Source: Minutocellus sp. GHC0000111
Lineage: Eukaryota
Direction of reading: 5' to 3'
Length of the DNA stretch: 64,000 nt
NCBI GenBank assembly: GCA_977018835.1
Contig: OZ361258.1
Location: forward strand, 3,286,001 to 3,350,000
Part shown: positions 11,436 to 25,070 of the stretch, one piece after another
How positions within the stretch are numbered: the stretch's first letter is position 1
How the letters are laid out: each line of letters starts with the position of its first letter
The notes under the pieces: generated by a model
The model's database searches: none
Seen by the model: the letters and a program-made list of their open reading frames with translations, nothing else
Told to the model about the DNA's origin: nothing
Position numbers and translations under genes: made by a program

Positions 11436-13505
11436 TCAATCCTCAGATACTGCATTGTCAAGTCTCTTCAGAATCGCCTCTGCGGACTCTTTGCATTCTG
11501 CGGGGTGCGTCTCAGCGGCCAGCTGTAGGAGCGGTTCCACCTGAAGGCTAGATAGGGACGGCAAGTTGGCATCGTCCTTGTGTTGGATGATTGCTTCCAT
11601 CGCCAGGCACGCTTCCCGTTGGACCGTGGAGTCATCTGGATGACTCAATAGGCTATTCAAGAGGGCTTGCAGGCCGGAGACAGATGCAATGATGGTAGCC
11701 CGCTCCTTTCCTCCAAACTTTACGATGCTTCGTAACGCCCGGCATGCCTCGATTTGAACAATGGGATCACTGACATGAGACTGCATGGCTGCAACTATAC
11801 TGGCAACAGCGCCCGACGCAGCAAACGAAATTTCAGATTGACCGTCTGCAGGCGACAAAGCCAACAGGCACTCGCAAGCCTTTTCTTGAATACCAGGCTC
11901 GTTGGGATGATTTTTCATCGCATTAACGATGCTGCTCAAGGCGTTGGCCGCGATGGCCACCAACTTTGGGTTGGTCTCTGCTGGAAGTTCCTTTGCGCGC
12001 CGAGATATTGCCAAACATCCCAGCATTTGGACGGCTCCATCCTCCTCCGATGCCCACATACACGAAACAATGTCCCGAATGTTGGCATCGGACTTCTGCA
12101 CAAGCATTAAAGCATCGTGGTGCTCCTCCTTTTTTATTATGTTCTTTTTCCCACCTTCAATAGAAGACTCTTTTTCTTCGTCGTCGCTCACATCAGACGG
12201 AGTAGGAGATGGACCTGGGAATTGGCTGGAAAAAGAAATGGCTTTGCGGATTTCAGGGTGTTGATCGAGATCAATCTTTTCCAACGAGTCGGGATCAGCG
12301 TCGACAAGAGACTTGATGCCACCTCCGATCCAGCTCTTTCCACAATCAATCGCCAGATTCAATGGAAGCTTTCCATCTCCATCGGGGGTGGACGCCGCTT
12401 CCGGCGAAGCATATAGCAACTCATCCACGATAAATTTGCTCAGGTACGCCGGAAAGGCCACGGTATTGCCGAATCTATCCTTCTTTGGCATGGCGGCGGC
12501 CGCACAGTGCAATGGCAATCTTCCTGTGCCAGGTTCGGGCTCAAGGACCTGGGCGGTCTTGGTTTCAATGATGTATCGCAGCAGGTCAGGGGGGCAGTCC
12601 ACTTGGACGGCCGAATGCACCATCTTGAATTCGATGGGAGGTGATCCGGCGGGGACTGATGGGCGCAGCAGTAGATTGATGATTCTCCACGTATTCATCG
12701 CACTGGCCTTGTAGCGTTGTCGATAGCTCACCACTTCTGGACGGCTGTTGTCGCCGGGGAAAAACTTTTCACTCAGATCGAATTGTCTTGAAAACCGGCG
12801 GTACAGGAGGGAGAGGGGTCGATCACCCAGCTCATTGCTGCTCCCCATGGTTGCCATGGTTGGATTTGCCTCGTGAACCGATCGGATAAATTCGACCGTC
12901 GGACCTGGCGAACTGCTAAAATCATCTGGTATTATCCGCACCGCCTGATACAGAGCAGTTCGCGGCATGTTGTCGTCATCATAGATCAAATCCACCCTGC
13001 TGAGATAATCATCCGCGCTCTCCTCTGGCGCTGCCGAAGTGAGAGCGGATATCACCTGAGCCCGATCTCTCCAAACAAGAATTTCATCGCCACTAATAGC
13101 ATCTTCATCATTTGCGCCAGCATTGCCATTACTAGCGATTGGCTTTGCCTCTGATGAAACTGGAATCAACACATAGTGCAATGGCAAATGTCCATCGGCG
13201 TCCTCTGCTTTTACCATGGAGGGCGCTGCTCGGATGAGACTTCGTATGGCATCCAGGCTGGGAGCACCGCCGATGCCGATCTTTTGGCACGCCACATGGA
13301 GAGGAGTTTGGCTGTCGTGAACTGTTGAGGCGTCGTCGGGGCTGGAATGGCAGAGGGCTGTAATCTTCGCCCAGGTTTGCGGCGCGTTGTCGGCCGATAT
13401 ATCCTTCAAGAGTGCGTGAAGGGCCGGCGTCGCATTCTCCTTCTCCTGTTGTTGCTGCTTCTTGGACACATCCACCTGCGCTGCCTTGCTCTGCGAACAG
13501 CCCAT
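11436..13505 (-). CDS. N-acylated protein with ankyrin-like repeats and C-terminal armadillo repeats
   Basis: 689-aa ORF; MGCSQSK myristoylation/palmitoylation signal; TPLHVAC, LPLHYV, LPLHCA ankyrin-like motifs; repeated AMxxHxxxxxVQxxACxAL ARM units. Confidence 0.8.
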   Translation of the reverse strand: MGCSQSKAAQVDVSKKQQQQEKENATPALHALLKDISADNAPQTWAKITALCHSSPDDASTVHDSQTPLHVACQKIGIGGAPSLDAIRSLIRAAPSMVKAEDADGHLPLHYVLIPVSSEAKPIASNGNAGANDEDAISGDEILVWRDRAQVISALTSAAPEESADDYLSRVDLIYDDDNMPRTALYQAVRIIPDDFSSSPGPTVEFIRSVHEANPTMATMGSSNELGDRPLSLLYRRFSRQFDLSEKFFPGDNSRPEVVSYRQRYKASAMNTWRIINLLLRPSVPAGSPPIEFKMVHSAVQVDCPPDLLRYIIETKTAQVLEPEPGTGRLPLHCAAAAMPKKDRFGNTVAFPAYLSKFIVDELLYASPEAASTPDGDGKLPLNLAIDCGKSWIGGGIKSLVDADPDSLEKIDLDQHPEIRKAISFSSQFPGPSPTPSDVSDDEEKESSIEGGKKNIIKKEEHHDALMLVQKSDANIRDIVSCMWASEEDGAVQMLGCLAISRRAKELPAETNPKLVAIAANALSSIVNAMKNHPNEPGIQEKACECLLALSPADGQSEISFAASGAVASIVAAMQSHVSDPIVQIEACRALRSIVKFGGKERATIIASVSGLQALLNSLLSHPDDSTVQREACLAMEAIIQHKDDANLPSLSSLQVEPLLQLAAETHPAECKESAEAILKRLDNAVSED

Positions 13506-13996
13506 GCTTCTTTGGTGCCAGCCAGATAATAGCTACGTAGCTTTCAGCTCAGCAGTTCCGCGCAGAGAACAAAGCACAGAAAATATGCACTGCGGAATCG
13601 AGCGTGAGTTCAGATTGATTCCGAGGGATGTGAAGCTATCGAGAGCGACAGCACCGCACACCAAAGATAAAACGCGGCAAAGCAAGGGGATAACAGTAGC
13701 TACGTAGCACCAAACGACGTTATGCCCCTTGAGTTTTGCCTGTTGCTCTTTCTTCCAATGCCGGTACTCGATCGGAATGCGCCACGTTGCTTCATCTTGC
13801 TTGCTTGCTTCGCTTCTTGTCGCACAATTCGGTCTGTCCGTCCATCAGCAAGATACCGCCATCCCGCCGATAGAAAATGATGTGGGACTTCATTCATCAC
13901 CACCGCATAATTATTGCACGGTACATGTGTACCAGATCGGCGCCACACGCAGTAGATAGAGGGAGCAATAGAACAGAGAATACGCAGAGTGTCACG

Positions 13997-16145
13997 ATGG
14001 CGAACAAATTGAACCGTTCTCAGACGATTGCCCTCGGCGTTGCGGCGGCTTCTCTCGCGGCGTTGCTGCTCTGGCAAGTATTGGGAAGCAAAAGCAGCAC
14101 CAAGAGCCTTGCCGCCGCCTCCGATGACGATGGAGACGATCTCAAGAAGGCGAAGAAAAAGGCCAACAAGGGCGGCAAGTCCGCGGCGGGTGACTCCACA
14201 CCTTCCAAGAATATATCGACGCCTTCTGGAAAGAAGGGTTCCGATGCCAACGCCGCCGACGAGAAGACTCCCCTCACGTCCAATGCTCGATCGGCGGAGA
14301 CAAAGTCCCTCCACTCCAAGATAGAGGAGATTGATCGTCGCGGCAAGGCTCTTTTCAAGGGGAAGAAGTAGTGAGTTCGGTGCACTGGTGTGTTTTTAGT
14401 ATTTTATCTCTGTGGCATGACTTGCGCTAATTTAATTGTATTCTTTCACATTCATTCAGCCCCGAGGCCGCCGAAGCATTTACGGAAGCCATTGATCTGA
14501 TTGAGGCGGGAGAGAGTGGCTCCAAGGAAGACTTGTCGGCTGGTCTCACTCGGCAGCTCATCACCCTCATCAACAATCGAAGTGCCATGTACGAGAAGAG
14601 CGGGGATAACACGCTCGCCCTGTCCGATTGCGATGCTATTTTGGATCGCCAGCCGACTCATCAGAAGGCACGGAACCGACGGTTGCGCATCCTCGAGACC
14701 ATGGACCGGCCGGCCGAAGCGCTGGTGGAAGTGTGTGCATTGCAGTTGCAGTTCATGCAGGAGAACCGTGATAAGATCCGGATGGGCATTCCGCTAACTC
14801 CGCCCGTTAGCCAGAACAAAATCGAGGAGCTCATGGGAAAGATTCTGCCCGGTGAGATCGAACGATTCGTGGCCAAGGTGAAGGAAGAGTCGGCGAACAA
14901 GGACCGTCCCCTGCCCTCGGAGCATACCATCCTTCAATTGATGCAAAGCTTCGCTGGATACAGTGCTTGGATGGCACAGGCAGCCAAGTCGGGAAGTGTG
15001 GCGTCTCTGACAAAGGATCTGGGCAAATTCCAGGGCAATACTGTTGACGCCAAGGCGGAGAGAGCGACTCTTCTTCTCAAGAGAGGGCGACGATATGCAT
15101 ATGACCGCAAATTTGAGGTAAGGAAATTTTTCAATTGAGGATAAATGTACATGTATTGGAGCATGATGGGCAGTTCACTCACACATTTGACTGTTTTTGT
15201 CCTTTGTTGGAGCAGGAGGCTTCGGCTGACTTTGAAGCGGGTATGAAGATCCTGGAGGAGGGTGGAGATGATGTGGTTAATTGCTTGGATGGTGATACCC
15301 ATGCTCGACTTTTGGAGTGGGGTGGCATGGCCCGTCACCTTCGATACGATCTTGATGGTGCTCTTGCGTGCTACGAAAAGGCCTCTGACTTGGACCCGAC
15401 CAATCCCGAGCTTTTGGTGAAGCGAGCGGGAGTAAAGATGGACGGAGGAAAGCACGAGGATGCCGAGAAACTTTTTGAGGAGGCACTTGGAATGGACCCA
15501 GACGCCGTCGATGCCTTGCTTCATCGCGCCAATCTGAACATGCTCCGAGCCCGACCAGAGCAGGCCAAGGCTGATCTGAATCGCCTCTTGGGTTTGAGAC
15601 CAGACCATTTGCTTGCAAGGTTGCGCCTCGCCACGGTGCTCATGTCCACTGATGATATTGATGGAGCCAAGCAGCAGCTCGACATGGCAGAAAGTGCCGA
15701 TTCCAATAATTCGGAGGTTCATTCCTACCGAGGTGAGCTCTACTTTGCGGGTTCTGCGTTCGCAGAAGCTAGGGCCGAATTTGATAAGGCCATTACTTGC
15801 GACCCGAACAACCCGACGCCCTACGTCAATGCAGCGCTATCGGTCATGAACACACCTGGTCCCAATGGTGGTGTGCCGGATGTTGCCGAGGCAATCAAAT
15901 TGCTGGAGAAGGCGATTAAGAAGGACCCCCTCTTTTACGCGGCGTACGTTCATCTTGGCCAGTTGAAGCTCAGCCTGGCAACTGATCTAAAGGCCGCTCG
16001 TGAGGTGGTGGAATTGTACGACAGAGGTTTGTCGTTTTGCAGAACCGAGGACGAGGCGAAAGATATTATTTCAATGAGAGTCTTGTCACAAGCTCAACTT
16101 GATGCAGCAGCAGCGCTCAAGATGGAGACCCTTAATATGCAATAA
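13997..16145 (+). CDS. TOM70: Tom70-like mitochondrial import receptor (N-terminal TM anchor plus TPR repeats); introns 14371-14459 and ~15118-15215
   Basis: N-terminal hydrophobic anchor IALGVAAASLAALLLW followed by K-rich linker; TPR clamp (RGKALFKGKKY.EAA...NNRSAMYEK...KARNRR) and many downstream TPRs; GT-AG joins restore frame. Confidence 0.75.
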
Positions 16146-16394
16146 AGGAAACACTTGGCTTCTTTCGATTGTCGATAGCAATATGGTTGCATGCGATTGT
16201 TTTCATGGTAGATCTACTTGTACGATTCATTTGATTTACTTTAAAGCCCATTGGCGTTCTGCCGCGTTTCCTAAAGTCACACCGAAGAAACGCCCACTAG
16301 TCAACCAAACCACAAAACGATGCATCCTTCAGAATTCTCTAAGTGCCGGCATGCACGAATTGAGATCAGTCACGATGCCTCACTAGATACGTAG

Positions 16395-17112
16395 CTAGCA
16401 GCCACCCACTTGCTCAAGAAGGCAGTCTAGCATGTCCTGGTCCTCGAGGTCCAAGCTCAGCGGCGTATCGTCCTCCTTCACTCGGTCACCATCCATGAGG
16501 AAGCGAAGAGACGAGGCCTGCACACCCTTCCGCTTAGCGAACGCAGTGAAGACTTTCGACATTTTCGTTCCCTTCTTAATCTTGAAGAATGTTTCTTCTC
16601 CCGTCTTACATCATTGATTAATGCGTTTGTGTGGCCGTGGAGTTCGTTGTGCCAGGTGAAGATGGGACACATATCGTGAAACAAAGTTAGAACAAATATT
16701 TGAGTACAGGCAGAACAACAGCAATAAGACAGATCAAGCCGCAAAATTAATGAGCACTGTATCAGTGTTTCCTTTGACGATATGTGTGCGGTAAGGCAGC
16801 TATCAAGCCGCAAAACTAATGAGCATTGTATCAGAGTTTACTTTGAGCACAATATGTGAGACGCATCACGTTTACAACGTTGCGGCTTGCGGCTCATCCG
16901 ACCACTGGTTCCCACGTTCCCACGCACGGCGCGGGATCTCATCGGCGGCATGGCAGCGCGCGCCCATGTGCTACTTATGGATAATGTTCAAGACCAAGTG
17001 TCTTGGTGGAACAAGACAAAACAATAATGCTCACCTGATCACGGACCCGCAGAGTGATAGGCTCCTTGCCCTCCGGGACAGGCTCGGCGGCGGCGGCTTG
17101 CTCTTCGCTCAT
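16395..17112 (-). CDS. SUMO: SUMO (two exons: 17112-17035 and 16606-16395); not in the ORF track
   Basis: Spliced translation MSEEQAAAAEPVPEGKEPITLRVRDQ/TGEETFFKIKKGTKMSKVFTAFAKRKGVQASSLRFLMDGDRVKEDDTPLSLDLEDQDMLDCLLEQVGGC*; QVGG di-glycine motif; GTGAG donor, TGTAAG acceptor. Confidence 0.95.
16733..16858. repeat. Two diverged tandem copies of a ~55-bp unit (period 69) inside the SUMO intron
   Basis: ATCAAGCCGCAAAATTAATGAGCACTGTATCAGTGTTTCCTTTGA at 16733 vs ATCAAGCCGCAAAACTAATGAGCATTGTATCAGAGTTTACTTTGA at 16802. Confidence 0.85.
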
Positions 17113-17335
17113 CTTTCCGTCTGATTTTGAGCTGGCCGGTCTCTCTCTGGCATCATGTCGAGTCGAACAAGTCCATTCGAACCTGATATGGAAATGCGAC
17201 TAAAAGTATGCACACAGCTAAAAAAATCAGGCAGCTATCGGTGCTTTTGGCCGGGCACGCTTGCGACCGTTTCTTTCAAAAACCAGCGCTGGTTGCCGGC
17301 ATTCCATTTCCCTTGTCTTCGTCCTTGTTGCAACC

Positions 17336-20300
17336 ATGGCGGAATCTCTGGCGGAGCTGCAGGTGCAGTACCAGGACTTCCTCCAGGGCGAGGTACGTTT
17401 GTTGTTGCCGTGATCATGCTCGTGGTTGTCGTGGTGACGGCGGCGCGTGATTTGCGGGTTGCGACGTCGATACGTTTGGACAAAAATTGAGGTCTTGATG
17501 TGTCAGGGTTAGGCTGTGCCCTCTTTGCCTGATTGATGATATGCTCACGATGCAGGCACAAATAGGCAATAAGTGCCATTTACGTGCATTCCCATTGATA
17601 TGTGCTGGTGGCGTGTGGGGCATTCTTCTCTTGTTTTTGTCATCTGTGCCACGATATCAGCATGTGCTCATCTCACTCACCGACGACCTTGTTTGCATAT
17701 TCATTTTGTGTTGCCTGCACATGAATGTCTTCCTTCACCCTTGCCCTGCAGCGCTACAACTATGCCGAGAGGGTTACCACCTGCATCGATGACTACGTCC
17801 AGAGCAGCCGTCGCGGTGGTTCCCGTGGCGGCAAGAACGGCGGAGGAAAGTCGCTGGACGGTGGTGCCTCGGCGGATACCGGCGAGGCCTTCTCGACCGG
17901 AGAGACCGTCGGATGGGGCTGCCCTCGCGTTAGGTGCGTGCTCGTCGTGGTCGGATATTAGGCTGTGGGAATTTGATTTGCGTGCCAGTATGTGGATTGG
18001 AATGATGGATCGATTGGCTTGGTGTGCTTCGTTTTTGTTTGTGCCGGTCACATGCGAGAGAATCTCGGCATGGTATCTCTCGATGCGTGTACCTGTCTGC
18101 TCTGGACTCACCATCTTCTTCTCCACTTTCTCGCCACCATCATCATCACCACAACAACAACCACAGAGTGAGCCTCGCGGAGCTTCGGTCAGAGAATCCT
18201 GTGCTGGCCCAGCGTCTCCGTCACGATCCCCTCCGGCACATGCGTGCCCTCGAGGCGGCATGCCACGCCATCGCCGCCGAGGAGCGTCCTGGATACGACA
18301 AGGACAGTGAGTAATGAATATGTGCATAACTTGCCCATGAATCGAAGATACAGATGACTTCTTGATGTGATTGCATTTGTGTTCATGTTCTAACATATTT
18401 TTTCACATCCATCTTTTTCAATACAGACGTCAAGATCAAGGTTGCCATCGCTGGTCCCGTGAGCAATGCCCCCGCCAGTCCGAGGCAGCTCACCTCCTCC
18501 TCTCTTCGGCAGCTCGTCTGCGTCGAGGGTGTGGCCACCAAGGTCTCCTCCATCAAGCCCAAGGTGACTCGCTCGGTACACTACTGCCCGGCCACCAAGC
18601 AGCACGAGGCCAGAGAGTACGTCGATTCTACCGACCCTCAGCTGGGTCTGCCGGCCGTCGACTCCTCCGGCCGAGAGCTGCCCGATCGCATCATCAACAT
18701 CACCTCCAGTGTCTACCCCACCAAGGACAAGGAGGGAAACCAGCTCGAGACCGAGTTCGGACTGTCCACCTTCAAGGACCATCAGACCGTCACTCTGCAG
18801 GAGATGCCCGAGCGTGCCCCCATGGGACAGCTTCCCCGTTCCATCGAGCTGGTCCTGGACCACGACCTCGTCGACCGGATCAAGCCCGGTGATCGTGTCC
18901 AGGTCGTCGGTGTTTACCGTGCCCTGGCCACCTCGGCCTCCGGACAGTCCACCACTTCCGGTCTGTTCAAGACGGTTGTTTTGGTCAACAACGTCCAGAT
19001 CCTTGGCAGGGATGTCAGCCACCTCAACTTCTCTCCCCAGGATATCCGTACCATCCGTTCCATCGGCAAGCGGGACGACGTCCTTTCCATCCTCGGCCGC
19101 AGTGTCGCCCCCTCCATCCACGGTCACGAGATCATCAAGAAGGCTCTGGCCCTTCAGCTTCTTTCGGGTGTGGAGAAGAATCTCGACAACGGCACCCACC
19201 TCCGTGGTGACATTAACATCCTCATGGTCGGTGATCCGTCGACGGCCAAGAGTCAGCTCCTCCGTTCGGCCATGGTCATTGCCCCCCTCGCCGTTTCAAC
19301 CACTGGTAAGGGATCGTCCGGCGTCGGTCTGACGGCTGCCGTCACCTCCGACCCCGATACTCGCGAGCGTCGTTTGGAGGCTGGTGCCATGGTATTGGCC
19401 GACCGTGGTCTGGTCTGCGTTGATGAGTTCGACAAGATGAGCGAGAACGACCGTGTCGCTATCCACGAGGCCATGGAGCAGCAGACTGTCACCATTGCCA
19501 AGGCTGGCATCCACGCCAGTCTCAATGCCCGGTGCTCTGTTCTGGCCGCCGCCAACCCCGTCTATGGTCAGTACGACCGCCGCCGGCGCATTCAGGAGAA
19601 CATTGGCCTTCCCGACTCCCTCCTTTCTCGTTTCGATCTGCTCTTCGTGGTGTTGGATCAGCTTGACCCCAGCAGCGATCGACGAATTGCCAGCCACGTC
19701 ATTGGCGGGCACAGATACCGATCTGGCTTCGGACAGACCGGCCATGACAGTGATTACGACGACGACGATGACGATGAGATTGCAGCGGCCGAGAGCTCCA
19801 AGACGCACTCGGTGTGGCAAAGAGCACGAGGATCGAACCAGGCTGCGGCCGATGATGCCGATCCTCACTCCAACGACGTTCTCCAGCACGACTTCTTGCG
19901 CAAGTATCTGCACTTTGCCAAGACAAGGATCAATCCCGTCCTTACGGAAGGAGCTCGAGAGTTCATTGCCAGTCGATATGCCGAGATGAGAAGCCGACAA
20001 GACGAACGTACCCTGCCGGTAACGGCAAGAAGTCTCGAGACTGTCATTCGTCTCGCTACAGCTCACGCCAAGGTAAGTTTCAATGGTTTGGTGTGGCCTT
20101 TGCCATAATTTATTTTTACCTCAGCCCGTATACTGAGTCTCACCCTCTCAACTATTCAACATAACACTCTTGCAGGCTCGATTGAGTACCATCGTCGAAG
20201 CTGAACCGGATTGCTCTGCTGCCTTGGACATCCTTGGCTTTGCCCTGTATCACGAGAATACCGACCAAGCGCCTCCTTCCACCGTCGACGAGAACGATGT

Positions 20301-20613
20301 CGATGCCGAGAATGGTCAGAAGCGACCTCTGACACCCGATTCCTCCGTCGGAGAGCAGGATGGACCTGACGATGAGGCAGGGGCCGAGACATCTTCGTCC
20401 AAGAAGCAACGGCTCGGTGCCGAGGAGGATGACCCCAGGAACGACTTGAAGTACAGAATATGGGAAGAAATCAGCAAGGGAGACGGGGAGGCTTCCGTTG
20501 ATTCCATGTGCCCAGACATTACCGATCGCGACGAGGTGTCCGCTGCGATATCCGAGATGGAAGCAGAGGGCCGTGTCATGGTCAGCGATGGACGGGTGTA
20601 TCAGATCGACTAG
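17336..20613 (+). CDS. MCM3: DNA replication licensing factor MCM3 (five exons; introns ~17393-17751, 17934-18166, 18308-18426, 20073-20175)
   Basis: QEMPERAPMGQLPRS, HLRGDINILMVGDPSTAKSQLLR (Walker A), LEAGAMVLADRG, VDEFDKM (Walker B), LLSRFDL (Arg finger), TARSLETVIRLATAHAK. Confidence 0.95.
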
Positions 20614-21983
20614 ATCTTATAGACCGAGCTGTGTCGAGAGATTCAAATCACCGCGCTACCCTGATAGATTGCTTTGCTAACTTCTTTCCTTTCCAATTCA
20701 TAACACGATCAACTCACTCATTTGATTTGATCTCCGAGGTGACACATGATGTAATCTGCACGCATTGATCTACGACAGATCTATCGATCGAGCGATAATA
20801 TCCACCACCACCATCACCGCCATCCTTTTTGCAATCTGCCTCGGACTGTACGTAAAAGTTTGTTACTAAAGGGGATATTTTCCCCTACATACTGATTATG
20901 AACAGATACGTGTGCCCTTTTACATTTAGCTATGTATAGAAGCACAGGTGGCTTGGCTTTGGTCAAGTGACCTGCTTTGGTGTCATAATCGCATCCACGC
21001 ATAATGACAGAGGCGTCATTGTTGTTGTTGTGGAAGCTGCTGCCTCTTTTGTCTTTTCTTCTCGACCATTTTCTTTGCGGTGCAGCAGCAGCAGAGGCAG
21101 TGGATCTTTCGAAACAAAGAGATTGTCGATGATCTAATCAAGGGTGTGAAAATTTGTGCTTAGATACTGTCGTCAATGATCCTCCCTGCCACCATCACAT
21201 CCAGCCGACCAGCCAGAGAGTGATCCAGACGCCTTGGAAATCTCTCATCCACTAGAATTTTGACGTCGATCCACTAGCTACGTACGTAGAAGATCCACTA
21301 TCAAGCCTTGCCACTATCGGTCGTTGTGCAGCCGTTTGAATCGCCAATTCGGGACCAAAAAAGTAACGGGACCAGATCCAAATTCAAACGGCCATCGATG
21401 CCGATGATTGACGGTTGCTCTGCGAGTTTGTTTGCGTTTTTGGCAGGTCTGCCCTCTCACTGCAAGCTTCCATCACAATCCAGCCACCGACCAACATCTC
21501 ACTGTTGTGTTCGGTTGGTCAACGGGCCAAGGACTTGAACTCCTTGCGTCCCAACTACCACCACCACTTGTCACATTGAGAGGTATCCCTCATTTTCTGC
21601 CGTGCCCGGTATCTGGTCGTGCACGCGTCAACTGCCATCACGGGTCTCGAAAAATCGTTCGTTTCTTTTTGTCGGTATCTTCCAGTCGAGGCACGGGAGC
21701 AAGGGAGGGAGAATCTCAGTCACACCTTGAGCTTGCATTGAAACTCACATAGATATTCGTAGCAAGTAAGCTGATTCAGTGCGTTCGTCTGCGTTTGGTT
21801 GGGTTCGTCGACAGTTCATAATTCACTGCGGATTTTTGTGCAGGCACAAACTCGATAATTGCATCGTTGGCATTTTTGCGTCGTTGAGGTTTCAAGTCTG
21901 GTTGCCCTTCTGCTGCATTGCAAGCACGTTCGAGATATACCCTCAATACTGTACAGAAATAGCAAGTAGAACATAGCATAACC

Positions 21984-24871
21984 ATGATGAGAAAGTCCTC
22001 GTCAACCGCGGGGTCGACCGCTGGGTCATCCTCGTCCATAACGACGACTTCTCGGCTGCCTTTTCGGCCACGTGACGTCAACACCTGTTCTCGAGCCGAA
22101 TCGGTGACAAGTCTCGGCTCCAAGGCCAGCAGCGGCTTCAGTGCGGGTTACGGACTGTCCAAGACTACTACCAACAACAGCTCCCTCGCTACCAAGTATC
22201 TCAACTCCTACCTGGAAAGCAGCAACAATCCCAACAACCAGCGTATCTCACAGTCAACGGCTTCGGCATCCAACTTCGTCGATCCAAACACCACGGACCA
22301 ACAGCCAGCTACTGCTGCTGCAGACTCGTCTACGACGGTCAATACTGGCGGCGGAATCAAGATGCCATTGCTGTCGTCTTCGTCCTCTAAAGCAAAATCA
22401 GCAGCAGCAGCATCCTCCTCGTCTGCCAACGCCGCTGCAAATGCCGCAGCAGCAGCGGCCGCAGCACCGAAACCAAAGTCAACGTCGTCCTCCGGCAGAC
22501 AGAAACCGCAGGTAGTGCCCGAGGATCACGAGGAGATTGAACTTGTAGAGCATCGCAAGAAGGCCAGCGGGGACGGATACACCGTCCACCGATACATCCG
22601 TGGGCGGCTTCTCGGCAAGGGTGGATTCGCCAAGGTGTACTGGTGCACCAGCCTCGACACCAACCGTCACTACGCTGTCAAGATCGTACCCAAGGCCAAC
22701 CTCGTCAAGTCCAGGGCACGGCAGAAGCTGCAGGCCGAGATCAAGATCCACCGCAGCCTCAAGCACGACAATGTGTGCGAGTACAAGCACTTCTTCGAGG
22801 ACAAGGTCAACTGCTACATCCTCCTCGAGCTGTGCCAGAACCAGTCCATGAACGAAATGATCAAGAGGCGGAAGCGACTCACGGAGCCGGAGGTCCAGTA
22901 CTACATGAAGCAGCTCCTGCACGCCGTCCGATACATGCACGGCATCAACGTCATCCATCGCGACCTCAAGCTGGGCAATCTCTTCCTGGACAAGAACCTC
23001 AACGTCAAGGTCGGAGACTTTGGTCTGGCCACCCGCCTGTCCAGCTCCGACGAGAAGCGCAAGACCATCTGCGGCACTCCCAACTACATCGCTCCCGAGG
23101 TCATTGACGGCAACAAGGAGAAGCGTGGACATTCCTTCGAGGTCGATATCTGGTCCATGGGCGTCATCTGCTTCACCACCCTCGTCGGCAAGCCCCCGTA
23201 CGAGTCCAAGGACGTCAAGTCCACCTACCAGCGGATTCTGGCCAACCAGTACGAATTTCCCAGCCACATCCCCATCTCGGGCCACGCCAGAGATCTCATC
23301 TCGGCCATGCTCCAGACAAACCCCAAGAAGAGGTGAGTGTGAAACGAACAGCGGGCCCTTTCGTAGGAATCTTCTTAGTGGTTCTCATTTCAATATTTAC
23401 ACACGCTGTCTCTAACCCAACATCCTCTCTTTTTCTCCTCATCACTGCAACAGACCCACTCTCGAACAAATTGCGGCGCATCCCTTCTTCACGCACAATA
23501 CGGCCATGATTCCCAAATCGGTCCCCTTGAGCGGCACGCACATTGCACCGGACTGGCAGGAGGATGCGAACGGCAAGATTTATGCCATCGAGAAGGCGTC
23601 GGATGAGAAATACCGGCGGCCTACCATTTCCAGTAGACGGAAAAAGTCAGCGGCGGAATCGACTTCGGCTGCCTCGGAGCTCAAGGCTGCACCTTTGTCT
23701 GGACGGCATGCCTTGACATCCAAGAACCCCAACACGGACTCTGCTGCTGCGAATGCAAAGAGCAGCGGTGCCGGTGGCTCGGAGGCAAAGAAGCAGCAGC
23801 CCGCCTCGTCCTCCTCCAAGTTCAATATTTTCGAGGAGGGCAAAGATTCGGAGAAGAGAGCATCCGGTGGTGGTCATCATGAGATTCCTCCGCAGGCTGA
23901 TCTTTTCAGCCCCTCCCACAATGGTCAGGCAACGGCAGCGAATACCGCCACCGCTTCCTCTTCGCCAACCTCATCCTCTGCGGACAAAGATATGCATGCC
24001 TTGGAGGTCATGCACAACCGTCTGCAGAATGCCTTTGATGCGGTGGGTAGCACCTCGTCACAGCGATCCAAGTCACCCACAGGTGGTGCGGATCATCCTG
24101 ATTTGTGGGTCACTCGCTACGTGGACTACACCAGTAAATACGGCCTTGGATTCCTTCTCAACGACGGAAGGTGAGTTGAGCTTTGAGCACACAGAGAGTT
24201 CTGTCTCCTTTTATATTGTTTGGACCCATCATTTCCTTCACCCACTAACTCAACAACGCTCCTTGTCCTTTCCAATTCTTTCTCTTAATAGTGCCGGTGT
24301 TTATTTCAATGACTCCACCAAGTCGGTACTGGGTCCAGAGGGAGAGACCTTCCAATACGTTGAACGCCGAAGGGTGGGCAACGTAAATGAGCACGCCTAT
24401 GAGATGCATACCCTGTCTTCTTATCCAGAGGCCCTCCAGAAGAAGGTTACTCTCCTCAAGCATTTTCGCAATTATTTGGTGGAGCAGCAAAAGAAGGCCG
24501 AGGAGGAGGACGAGCAGAAGAACACTGACGGCAGTGTTGATACTGATGCGAACAAGCCAGCTGTAGAGGTCGTCACCTCGCGAGTTGATGATGAGGGCGC
24601 ATCCATGATTTTTTTGAAGAAATGGGTCCGAACGAAGCACGCCATTCTGTTCCGTCTGAGCAACGGAACCGTCCAGGTGGTATTTTACGATCACACCGAA
24701 GTCCTCTTATCGAACGAGGCGACGGTAGTGACCTACGTGGACAAGAAACGAAACCGAACAACGTACCGATTAGATGAGATGACGATCGACCCAACTCAGG
24801 AGATCGGCAAAAGGTTGAAGTACGCTAAGGATATCCTCAAGCAGCTTCTTCCTGGTTCCAAGAATTCTTAG
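21984..24871 (+). CDS. PLK1: Polo-like kinase (kinase domain plus two polo boxes; introns ~23333-23452 and 24171-24291)
   Basis: LGKGGFAKVY, HRDLKLGNLFL, GDFGLA, KTICGTPNYIAPE; polo-box motifs WVTRYVDYTSKYGLGFLL, GVYFNDST, KWVRTKHAILFRLSNGTVQV. Confidence 0.95.
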
Positions 24872-25070
24872 AGGCGAGAAGGCATTATCTCGTTCCACAT
24901 TTTCAGCTATTTTCTGACGACAGAAATATTCCTCACTTATAATGTTATAAACGCATATTTTGATTTATAGTGGTACTACTATGCTTGTAATTCCACTCAC
25001 TCTTCAAAAGGAATCAATCGCCCCCCAAGTTGCGAACAGGTACTGCCACTGCGTCGAGGTATGCTCGTGT

